Shown here piece after piece: positions 26,332-38,400 of a stretch of DNA of 64,000 bases. The DNA comes from Amoebophrya sp. A120 (Eukaryota; Protista; Dinoflagellata), in NCBI GenBank assembly GCA_905178155.1, contig CAJINV010000005.1:5154667-5218666 (forward strand), written 5' to 3'. The first letter of the stretch is position 1, and every line of letters starts with the position of its first letter. The position numbers and the translations under genes are program-made. The notes beneath the pieces were generated by a model, which was not told the origin of the DNA, made no database searches, and worked only from the letters and a program-made list of their open reading frames with translations.

Positions 26332-27242
26332 ATGGCGATGGTGCAGCTGCAGCAGCTGGACCGAATCGAGAAGTGGAGCACAAAATTGCTGTTCTTGGTG
26401 GACGAGGGAAAATCTTCTCGGGTCAGAAAGAAACTTCTTCTTCAGGAGCAACGACGTGCTGAATAAAGATGCGAGCGCAACATGTCACTGACATTGTCAG
26501 TTCCCTGGACGTCGATTTAGCACGACTAACGTGTTACAACGCCTGGACCTCATTGGTAATTAGAAGGGTGTGGTTGTAAATGTTCTACGAGACGGAGACA
26601 TGTTTTTCTTTTTTCTCGATGGAGTTGATTATGATTTCAAATTTGCTTTTCCGCACCCTCAAACTCGCTGAGAAATAAGCGCAAGAAAGAACCCGAAGAG
26701 GTCATCAAGAAGAAATGTATTGTCCTGCTGGTGTATATTCGAGGAGGGAAAAAAACAAGAACTCTCGTAGCTTACACCGACATCTTCACACGTCACACGA
26801 CGACCTGGCGCTCTTTGAGTCAGAGATTGAAGAAGTAGAGTGCGGCGACTTTTGTTTTTGCAAACAGGACGAGAGCTAAGGCTAACCGCAGCTTTCGTGT
26901 GGATACAAACGAACAAATTAACGGCCTACTTCGAACGACGTCGTGATAAAATCTTTCGTGTGGATTTGTTTTTGTTTAGTACTGTACCTCCTGCGGTTAG
27001 TTTACGAACTACCCCTTCATATCTTTCCGTTAAGACTTAATGCAACAACGCTTTGGAAGTCGATAGTTCGACAAAGAAAAAGACTAGCATGTTGTGCCGG
27101 TGCACTCCCACTCCGCCCGCGCCTCCTCCTGGTCTCCAGCAATTGAGGTAGAGTGTGCAGCGCAGAACTGCTAGTAGACCCCAACTGCAGAACCTCTTGG
27201 AGGTCCGTTTGAATAAAGTAGGACGAGAGCCAGCTAACAACT

Positions 27243-30200
27243 ATGGGCGAGCGGCAGCAGCGGATCCGGGATCCGCGGTCGGTGCCGCTCACAGGGGTGG
27301 TTGTTCCAAGCGGGGAAGGAAATCAGCAGGACTCTGTGGCGGCGAGGACATCCGGTGAAAGTAAACTAGCAAACGTCGACGATTCCTTGCCGCCGAAGAG
27401 AAAAGTATATCTCGTTTTATTTAAGTGTTGTGCAGGTACTATGTGAATGTGCATGAGCATGTGGCAGAAAAAAGAGATGAAAAGAAATGTTGATGCAATA
27501 AATGCGTTCACATCTTCCACACCCAGTTGCCACATTTGTACTAAACGCAGAAACATTTATTTCGCCACAGGTGATTTTGATCACTCTCGCCATGTTCTCT
27601 GGGTACGCTGCGACTATGCATTGCAAATATGTCTGGGTCTGGAAGGATGCAAGGTTTGTCATGCTTTTCTGGCATGACTGAAGAGTTTGTGATGTGTGTC
27701 CAAGAAGACACACTTTCGTTTGTTATGCAAAACGCAGCTTGGCATGCGGAAAGCGCAACACTAAGCAGCGCAAATATTTGTCATGCTTGGCTGTGCATTA
27801 CAGAGAGTTCACTACTCGCAACTCAGCATTACAAGTTTCCAGACCCAGACATATTTGCAATCCATAGCGACCGTGACGATGCAACACGAGCTGCAACTGC
27901 ACTTGAAAATTCCCAACGACCCAAATTCACCCGAGAAAAAAGCCTTCACGATCGCCGTTACCTGCCAATACCTGGGCAACCTGATTTTCCGGCTGGGGCA
28001 CAACGTCTTCTACTGTTTGTCCGCCAGTCAGCGGGTGTCGCTCTCCCAACTGGCTATGATGGTGGCCATGTCCTTGATTCTCCTCCTCTTCTACTATCCG
28101 ATCAGTAGCTTCGTGCTGCTCTCGCCCCTGTATCATGAGTAAAAACGGCCCCACCCCATAGTCAAGATGGGAAATTTGCTACAGAAATTGCTAAGCTTTG
28201 ACTGGCGCGCATGACAAATTTTTGGGGCTCGCAATTTATAGTCGTTTTGAGCTAGTGCAGCAGCGTTACAGATCCACCTTGTGATGCTGAGTCGAGCATG
28301 ACAAACACAAATCTTAAATCACCACTAGAAAACGCCTCTCATGTTGGGTCTCCGCATAAGAAACATTTTAAAAAGCATGCGGATTTGCATTACAACTTTG
28401 CGGTGGGGACGTTTTTGTACAGGATACCCTGTCCATCGTGATTATCGCGTACTTGCTCTCCGGTTTGGCCATCGGGACGTTTGAATCCAACTGCATGGCG
28501 AGTCTGGCGATTCTAGGACCGATATCACCTGCAACTATGTTTGGGTCTGGAAGAAAGCGGACACTTTTCATGCATATTTTGCATCCGCAGGAGGGTCTAT
28601 CATGCGTGCAGAGCAGGTGCATGACAAATGGCACTTCTACTCTGCATGAGAAGTGCTCTCTCCTGGACGCAAAACCACACATGACTCACTGACTATGCAA
28701 GTCAGAGTTCCTTTTTTTTCTTTCAAAATGAGCATGACATCCTCCCAGACCCAGACATGTTTGCAATGCATAACCGAACACGAAGCTGTGGGCGGTGATT
28801 GGCTTGCCGTTGGGCTTCAACATTATCTCCGTCGGGGGAATGGCGCTGCTGTCTTTCGGCATGCCGCGGTACGGCGTGTATCTGTTTGTTCTGGTGATGA
28901 ACTTCTTCGGTTTCTTACTGTACAAGTGCGGACTGCCGAAGGGGGTGCACATCGACAGAAGTGTAGTTCTTGTTCCCAATACGATTACGAGCAGCACTGG
29001 AGATCATGACCATGCCACCAATTTCGTCGAGAGCGCAGTACCAACATCTTCGTATGCGGTAAGAACTACTGGTGCACGTGAAGACCAGTCAGCAATGGGA
29101 AACCGGCAACAGGATCATGGTGCTCATATCACGACCGAAGTTGCAGCGGCCAGGACCACTACTTCTTCCCCTGTGGATTTGGAAGCCGTGCCAGGTGCTG
29201 GGGTGGTATTACAATGAAAAATGCCACCACCCCAACATATTCAAAAGACAATTTGTGTTGCTGGATTTGTGTACACAAATGATCTTTGTATTGCAGCAAG
29301 AACTTCTTGTCAACCTATTCTAAGCCCATTTGGGTACGCATCCGGCTAGCAGCTCCTGAGCATGAGAAACAGGTCTGACGTAGGCGAAAACGCATGACAG
29401 ACTCGCTGCACAGTGCGCCACATGGGTGCCGGTTGCCTTGTGCGCAAGGCAAAGCTGATTTGTGTTCACAAATCAGCATCACAAATTCCTTTTCGATATG
29501 GGGAGTGGGGATTTTTCCTTACGATAGGCGGTCCGCTTTAACGACGCAGTGATAAGTCGGAGAAGTGGTGCTGGGTGTTGTGGCAAAGCAGTGCGGCAGG
29601 GGATAAGAAGTACTTACTTACTACTTTTTTCAGCATCTGTCGCAAATAAAGTTTCATTTTGTCACACGATATTATGGCCATTTTGTACTTCGCCACCTTC
29701 CGTCTGGCGATCAAACATTCTTGCAATTATTTGAAGACCACACAAAAACATCTCTCTCCACCGCAGGTCTGTGCAACTATCTCCCAAAAGTTCTCCCGCA
29801 CTCCCTCGCGCTTCTCGTGGCCATGTTTGGCGTATGACAGGGCACAACTCGTCCCCCTCGTTCTCATTTCTCATGCAAAATACCAACTCCACGCTTTATT
29901 CCCTCCTGTCACTATTATGCATGACAAGTTCAGGTAGCCTAAGAAAATAGCACTACACTCCAGTGCAAATTTGTCATGCAAGAAAACCGGCATGCTTGCT
30001 GATGTGTTTCTTGCCGTTCATGCTATACAAATGAGGGGCACGAGGGAAAGTTGTGCACTGTCATATGGCGTCGCTTCCTGCACTGGGATTACCACGAACA
30101 TTTTTAGCGGAAAGAAGGTCCCTAGGCAAGAAAAAAACTGTGTAAGTGTAAGTCTGTGATGCAAAGGTATGTAACACAATTATCACTTGTCATGCTACCA

Positions 30201-31514
30201 ACCATGAAGTCCTATTTCATTTGTTTTTTCACTTACTAGCTGCGCATGACAGGTCTTGTCATGCAGAACAGATTTGTCGTGCCGTCACCTCAAGACACCT
30301 ACACTAACACAGCTTTTTTTTTTTGGATAGTCCCGCTGTTCGCCGACACTCCCGACTCCGCTTTTCTCATCGACCAGCACTTATTTTTGTCCATCCTGAA
30401 CGCGTTTGTGTTCCTGGGCGACAGTATTGCAATGAAAAATGTCCGCCCCACGACCCGAGTAGAACTTGGCAGCATTTGTATTGCAAACCTCTCCCGTGGA
30501 AATAGTTGCCATCTTGCATGTATCAGCATCATAAATTTTATTCAATGCTGAACAGCTGAAATTTCAATTTGCGTTGCAAAGGAACGCAGCAAGAACTCGC
30601 CGGCCCTGTGATGCAAAACATGCCTAGCGCAGTCTAAGTTCTGCTGCACCAGAAAGACTCTTAGTCCTTTCATGCATAGATAAAAAGTTTTTCACTTGAA
30701 AACCTTATATGCATCAGAAAATTTTTTTGCTGCAACTATGAGGGTCCTCGTGCGGGCGCTTTCCATTGTGACAGAGAGCGTAAGCAGAAAGATCGCCTAC
30801 TTGATCCCCGCGTTTCCGAAAACAACGAGTGCGGAAGTAGAAACTGGCGCAGAAGAAAATCCTGTGGCATCGATGTCAACATCAAGACGGATAAATCGGA
30901 AGATTTTTCTGCGGCAAATCATCCTCCTGCTTTTCTTCAACGTGTTCTGCACTCTCTCCGGGCTGTATTTTCTCTCCCTGAAAATGGGCTTCTTCGCGAT
31001 TATCGGAGCTTTCCTGATTTTCTACGGTAACGTATCCTGAGAGACAACGTCCCCACCTCATAGTCAAGAAATGGGAAGTTTGCAGCTACACAAACCAACA
31101 GCGTTTGGCTGTTGCGCGTGTCAAATTCGTGCTCGCAGCGTGAGATTACGTAGCTATTGAAGCTGCATCACAATTTGATCCTTTCTATTCTGATAATTTT
31201 AATTGTAGTATGACAAACTGCCAGACAGCACGAAGAAATGCTTATCATGAGAAGCATTTGAGGCTTGCAGATTTCTTTGCATGGCAAGAATTCTGGGGCA
31301 GGGGCGCCTTTACATCGGATACAACGGCTCAGTCTACGCGACGACCACCCGGTTTGTCGACAAGCAACTCGCTATGGAGTTTCACGTTCGGGCACTGTCC
31401 GTCTGGCTTTTCGTCGGCGATTTGGGGAGCGTTTCCGGGAGTAGTTTGACGGATGTGTTTCATCGGCACTTGTGCGGCTGCGGGAGTGTGAAGCACTACT
31501 GGATTTGCAAGTGA
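27243..31514 (+). CDS. CLN3/battenin-like (MFS-type) membrane protein; 8 introners plus a few conventional introns
   Basis: Reconstructed segments VILITLAMFSGYA, YLGNLIFRLGHNVF, AYLLSGLAIGTFESN...LGPNTKLWAVIGLPLGFN, FLGDSVSRKIAY, FYGNGSVYATTTRFVDKQ...ALSVWLFVGDLGSVSGS; many hydrophobic helices; recalled resemblance to protist CLN3-like proteins. Start codon uncertain; GT-AG intron 27436-27570. Confidence 0.65.
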
Positions 31515-32744
31515 TCGATGTTGTTGTGCGTCGAAGCCTGATCTGGGAAAGAAATGCTCACAACCGCGAGCTCATCCGCGAAGGCGAACTCATGATTTAA
31601 ACTCGCCACACCCTGTTTTAAGTATCTGTCTCAGACAGAGTGAGCTGCTTTGACTCTTCGAAGATCCCAATGTTCTTGCGTGGTCGTGCCTACGTTATGC
31701 TGGTATGTTGATATGTCAGCACCGGAGGTGTAAGTGCTTTTACAAAAGTTTCGCACTGTAAGATTTTTCAACGCTCCGGATGGCGTTCATGATTCGCCCA
31801 CCGTTGTAGTGTCAGGACGATCGTCATGATGATCCTGCTGCTGCTCACAGGTGTGAGTCTTGTTCTCCTCTCGCCTCGATCATCTATATTTTTGTCTACA
31901 TCAACATCTTCATGCCCCAATGGCGGCGACAGATTATCTTTTACAAACAGAAACATAAAAGGTGCCTCCCGTTCTCCCCTCTGAGCGAGATCATGGAGAG
32001 CTAGCAGAGGAGCGACTGAATTTCAGGGTTGTTTTTCTGTTCTTGGTCTGCTGGTAGTCGTAGTTGTCGTGAACCGATGTCTTCATTATAATCGCCGTCA
32101 GTAGGTACCACCGGCCTCAAACCTTTTTCTATTAGGTGAGCTTCGTCAATCTTCTGAAATAAAGAGGATCTGTGCACCAGCGGCCTTGGAGAGAAGGTAA
32201 GAGGAGTGAGAAAGGGATAGGGGTCGTGAATCATCTTAGCAAGAAGACCGAAAATATTGCACGTATAGTAAAGCGAAACCTGCTCGGTGGCGTCATGATA
32301 AGCAAACTGGACGACGTTTAGAAGACGGGGCTAAGTACACAAAAACTGAAATATGCAAATGAGATGACGGCAGTGATGCATTACTTTAGATAGAAATTCC
32401 AATTCTTCCAGAATTCGGTTACCGAGCCGATCACCTTTCTCAATTGAAACAACTGGTCAACATAGGAAACAAATAGTCGTTGGATTGGTATCAAGCTAAG
32501 TTTTGATAATTTCTATGGCGTTCTCAATTGACAAATCATATTATACAGTTAAGAATGTAACATTTGAAATGTTACATTCTTAACTGTATAATATGATTTG
32601 TCATGCAAAATGACCATGATCCGCAAGACGATCAAGCGGCTTCGCATGACAAATCATCGAATGGCTAAACAGCATCCAAATCCGTGCCAAATTTGTGATG
32701 CAAGACTTGCAAGCTTTCCCCTTTCCCTATTGCTGTTTTTGTAT

Positions 32745-33448
32745 GTAGTGAGGTCACCGAACGGTTCTAACCTGGCAGTTTTCTTGACATGAAGCGCCAA
32801 AAACGGCCGGCAGTTTTCAAGCCTATAGAGAGTTTTTTTCCCTGAAAAAGTTCGCAGCGTGCAAGCCTGTTTGGCTTTGTTATCAACGAATCTCCGGCGG
32901 ATTCTATCGCTCGCCGCTGGATAAAACGACGCAAGGGAGCCGGCAAAAGGGGCGCCCTTCTGAGGCGCCCACCGCCTTAGTTTCTGGCGATTTGAGGCGC
33001 CCAAAAGGGCGCCCCAAAAAAACGAGCCCAAAATCAGAACAGCGAAACCGCATGGCACGGCCTCGATTTCGGAGCATTTTGGGCGGCCGCGAAAGCGGCC
33101 GCCTTTTCGCCGGTTTCAGAGCCTGGGAAGCTTTGCAAAAAGCGCCGGCGCGAAAAATAAAAACGCAAAAAAGAAAAAGCGCGCGAGACGCGCGAAGCCA
33201 ATCCGCATGCTATGGGCCCTATTTTTCTTTGGTTTTTGGGCGCCCCCCGTGGCGCCCGGATCGGCCCCATAGCGTCGGGGCTGGCTTCCGGACAGGAATT
33301 TCGGAAATTTGCCAAAAATCTGACATGTTTTTCAACCGGCCGCCATGCCGTGCGGCATAACCTTACCCACGGCGGCACGGCGGGCCCAGAAAAAGCAAAG
33401 CCGTGGCCAAGGCAACGGCCGGCAAGAAAACGCCACCGACCTCACTAC
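32745..33448. mobile_element. GC-rich insert with 11-bp inverted ends inside an F-family introner
   Basis: GTAGTGAGGTC at 32745 and GACCTCACTAC at 33438-33448. It interrupts the F element 32514-33516; no TSD is visible. Confidence 0.5.
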
Positions 33449-33572
33449 CTCCGCCCCGGCGGCTATCATGACAAATCCATGTAACAGTTGAGAATGTAAC
33501 AGTTGAGAGCGCCATAATTTTCGTTTGCCTTTGACCAGACTCGCCTTTGACGAGTTGTTCTCCACCTGCAAA

Positions 33573-34174
33573 ATGCTGCCTTACTGGTGGAGGCGGAAGC
33601 CGTATCAAATGCAAATATGTCTGGGTCTGGAAACCTGTGATGCTGTATTGCGCATGACTGCAACGCTTGTTATGGCAGCTAAGCATGACAAACTTTCGGA
33701 ACGCTTTCTGCTGCGTGTTGCGCATGAGAAATTGCTTCTTTGCGTAACAAAGAAAGCTGCTCATTTGCTGCTCATGCAGCACAGATTTTCCGGGAATGCA
33801 AGATACGCATTTACGAGTTGCAACCTTCCAGACCCAGACATATTTGCAGTGGATAGGCCGCTCATTGCTGCCCAACTGGTGGCCACGTCCCAGATCGCAG
33901 GCGCGGCTGGGTACGAGGACGCGAGCAAGAACTTCCGCGGGGGGGGGGGCAAAACCAAAAGCCCTCCTCCTTGACCCTCAATCACGACGGCAGTAACTCC
34001 GGCGACGCCATGAACCCCGTCACGAAGGACGAGGAGTCGTCCTCTGGGACGAGCTTCATGTCGCGGGCCGCAGTTCTTAGTAACCCTCACCTTATTAGTA
34101 GCCCTCATGCCCGCGAGCAAGCTGCAAAGAAGGCGTCTCAGTCGCTGAACAGTACTCACATACATACGCTTTGA
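33573..34174 (+). pseudogene. Possible short gene or gene remnant with one introner and a G-run frameshift
   Basis: MLPYWWRRKP|LIAAQLVATSQIAGAAGYEDASKNFR joins in frame across element 33603-33855. The frame ends soon after a G run near 33940, and another frame continues to 34174. Confidence 0.3.
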
Positions 34175-35470
34175 CTTTGCCGATTGCTCCAACTTCGCCG
34201 ATTAAGTAGTGGCTGTTGTGTGCAGCTTACGTAGTTACTCTGCATGGTTCTTACGGCCATAAGTTTTTTTCTTGAGACAAAAATACCAATACAACTCATG
34301 CAGGTGAATGCTACATCGAGGTCCGTTGCGTAGAGTGGCGTCCTAAGCAGTGCTCAGCAATTGCCTATTGGCAGCCCGAAACTGTGTTTTGCGGAAACCC
34401 AAACTCGCACGTCCTGACGGGCAGTCGCCAAACCTACTGTGACGCGGCCTGCAAACCGCTCCCGAAACCAAACTGGTCCACCCCAACGGAACAAACCAAT
34501 CACTGGAACACCCTGGTGGTGAACACCGTTCCGCTTCCGCGTTCCTAGGAAAGATAAAAAAGTAGCTGAGAGAAGATCGCAAAAATCAAATTCATGCTCA
34601 GACCAAAGAAGATAAAGATAGATAAGCTAGTTGAAATAAGGTCGGAACCTGACCGTTAAAAAATGGAAAGTTGTTGTGCGACGGTCGAGGTGGAGGTGAT
34701 GAAGTTGAAGCCTCGTTATCGTTTGACACCAAGAAAGCTGTTGGCTTTGATGTGCGATTTTATTTCCACAATGACGGCGTGCTACCGTCCACCAGGCCAT
34801 GGTCTTCTTGTTCACCAGTGTGAGTTTTGTTCTCGTCTCGATCATTTCCTGTGCTTTTATATGCTCCAAAGCGCGGGGACGGAAGATCATCTTTTGCAAT
34901 CAGATCACATGTGAGTGTGTTAAATCGCCTTCCTCTTTTTTGGCATAAATTGGTGTTATATATTCTAGTGCCTCACGTTCCACCCTCTGACTCTGAGCAA
35001 GATGGAGACAAATCTTGCCGACTAGCTGCTTCTTTCTACGGAGATCTCCTTTCTGATTCTGACAACCGTGAAGATCATCCTTTCATTCTGTATCTGTTTG
35101 ACTTTCAAAGTGGTCGTTACTACTGAGTGAGGTAACAAATTAATCGCTTAAGTTACCGGGTAACTTAGCGTCCGGCCGGCCGCCGGACGCTAAGTTACCC
35201 GGTTCCCAGCCGCCAGCCCGTTCCAGCGGATCGGATTCAAAATAGTCTGCTAAGAAGTGGTATTTTTTGGACGTTGGAATCTTAAATAAGACCATGTGGT
35301 TTATTTAGTCGCCGTAGTTGCACTTGTAAAAAGTGCAGACGGTGAGAGAGAGCCCCTTTCACACCGTGCGATTTCTGGTTCGGACAAGCAGTTGCTTACT
35401 GTTACTCCACATAAAGATAAACTCGAAGTTGCTGTGTAGTTGGTTGTGGGGCCAAGTTTTTCATCACGCA

Positions 35471-38400
35471 ATGATGTCGCGCTTCTCGCCCGCAGGCACA
35501 GTCTACCTTATGTCGGGTCGACTCCCGTCCGGTCGTCCCAGGCGTCAGCACACAGCGTTCTCGCACTACATCCGGGCCGCGGTCGCTGTGCTTTCCCTGT
35601 TAATCTTCGAGCCCCACAACACCTACAACGCTAGCGCGAAGCTCTGGATGGCACGGAATTTACACCAGTATCGTACGTAAAAAGTGTTTCACTGTAAGGA
35701 TTTTGCAAGTTTTGCATCACAAGTTTGCTTTACATGACAACGGAAATTTGCCATGCGAGGTTTCCTAAGAGAAAAAGGCTAGACATCCATTATCTTGCAC
35801 GTGCAGCATTGCATACACTTCTGCGATCCATTTTCTGCATCACAAGTTTACAGTGAAGCAGTTTTTTCTTGCGATGGCCAGCCCTTGTCCTGCACAAGAC
35901 GGACGAACGTGGACACCGCGTTGAAATGGATCGAGTCTCGCGACGTGCTCATATCGTGAGAAAAAGATGTAGTTACAGCTTACACACTCTGACGCAAGAC
36001 CAGCAAGACAGACATTTTTTGTCATGTGGGCAATGCTTTCCAGTCTCACTTCCTGCGTGTTTACTTCCCTAATTGATCATGTCTGCGCATTACAAGTTTT
36101 CGTTGCCATGCAGAGCAACTTTGTTATGCTGAAAGTGCAGCAAGTGTGTAGTAATTGTAACACTTTTATTTTCCTGCGATAGCTCGACACGTTCCTCCAC
36201 TATCCGCTAACCGAGGAACTGGTAAATAACTACCTGAAGCCCCGGCAGTGGACGCTGTCCAACTGCGATTGCAGTTGTGGCAACTGCCACCAGGACCTGC
36301 TCGAGTGCCCTATTGGGCATTTTGTTAACGTGCTTTACTTGGCGATCTTGTGCACGACGGACATCGCCCGCGAATCGTTGATTCTGTCCATTCCCCCCCA
36401 CGGCGATATGGGCCGGACGTTTCTCCGGCTGGTGCGGGCCTTGGGCGGGCTCAATTCGGTCATGTACTCGGGCTGGCCGATTTTCGAAATTTGGTTTTCC
36501 ATCAGCGTCATGACGGAGAAGATTCGGGAGAGACGCACGTGTATCCTGTGCAAAAGTATCGTACTCGTACTAATCGCAGTCATGCAAGACAAATTTCTTT
36601 TTCAAGCTAAATCAGCATGAGAAATTTCATTTGTCATGCTGAGCTAATTTGTATTGCAACACTAGAAGTACGATACTTTTGCAGTTCATAACGTGGCAGG
36701 TCCGAATGGACTGGCTGCACCGGGAGGTGGACCCTTTATTGGAGGTACTGTCCATATGGAAGTGTCAGAATCGAAATTGACAAAGTCGAAAAATTTGTGA
36801 TGCATAAAATCGGCACCGGCTGGAGCCTCAGTTGGTAAGTGGCGCATGGCAAATTTCGGGAGCGCCCAAATCCGGTCTGTCATGCGGTTTGGGCAAAAAA
36901 GACTGCTCCTGTCGTGCTACTCTGGCAGCGCATTGCATACCCGTAAGCAGGCTTGCAATCGGTCTCATTTGCCTCCTCCCCAACACAGGCCAGGCGTGCC
37001 CTACATTTTATGCATTTACAAGTTTTTCGATTTTGTGGATTTCGATCCTGACACTCCCATACTTCAGTCCGAAATACGGGATTGAGCGGGACGCCTGGAA
37101 GGAAATCGAGGTGGACGTACCGGTGGTACTATTGGCGGCTGGGAATCATTATCAAATGTAGAAATGTCTGGGTCTGGAAGATTCCGGGATTTGTGATGCA
37201 TATTTTGTATGATCCATGATTCATGTAATGCATGATCTAGCATCACAGACTTTTAGAGGGCTTTCTGATGCCTATTCCGCATGAAAAATGCCGTCTCCGC
37301 GTAACACAAACTGGACCCCTGTTGCTGGTCACGCAATACAGATTTTTTTAGAGTCCAGAGTTAGCATCACAAGTTCCAAACTTCCAGACCCAGACATTTT
37401 TGATAATCATGACAGGGCAAGAACCTCCGCCGGTCCTCGTGCTGTACTTGATAAGGTTGACCAATTATTGAGAGGAAAAATCCCCCCTCCCCATATCGAA
37501 GCGGTATGCTTCCGAAAATTTGTCTTGCTGATTTGAGACCACAAATCACGTCTGTCTTGCCAGAAGACAACTCCACAGGCTCTGCCGCATTACCCAGGCG
37601 GTTTGTGATGCTGTTGGGCCTACAGCATAGACGTTTCCCATGCTAAGCACCTAGGCAAAAACCTCTCCGCTCAGGCTTGGCAGGAGCTTGCAGTCAGCCA
37701 CTGCAAGACAGATCTGATTTGTGTACGCAAATCCAGCATCAGAAACTTCCTTTTGATATGGGGAGGGGGGATCTTTCCTTTTGATACCAATATGTTGCTC
37801 ACGATCAAATTACAAACACCGCTGATACAACAACAACGGTCAGCACTGGGCTCTCCATTCCGGGCTTACCGGATGCGTTCGTTACTAGCGAGCGGACCTC
37901 TACCGAGGAAGTGCTTAAGCATTCGCAAATACCACTGGATGTCTGGAAGATTCAGATTGCAAGACTTGTCATGCAGGTTTGCCATGATCCACAGGACTTA
38001 GCATGACAGATTCCGGGAGATCTCTAGCATGCCTCTGTGCAAGATGAGGAACAGCCTCCAATAGACTTGGTCACAAGAAGTGGACACCTCTTTGTAAATA
38101 ATCATTCAACACAATTTTTTGCACGATCCAGACCTAGGATGACCTTCCAGACATCCAGGGATATTTGCGAATGCATAGTGCTGCGCGGGCTGGAAAAGGT
38201 GGCACTGATGGAGAAAGGTCAGGACGTTGATAGGTGGAAACAAGCCGCACTTGAAATTACCGACGTCGTCGGGTTCGCAATAACGGGCACCAGCAGCGCG
38301 ATGAAAATGCTGAATCACGATCCGACCGAGCTCCTCCATGCGTTGGAGAGGAAGTTTGGGTTGCAGTTGCAGTCGAAAATGGAAAATGAGAACGCAGCCG

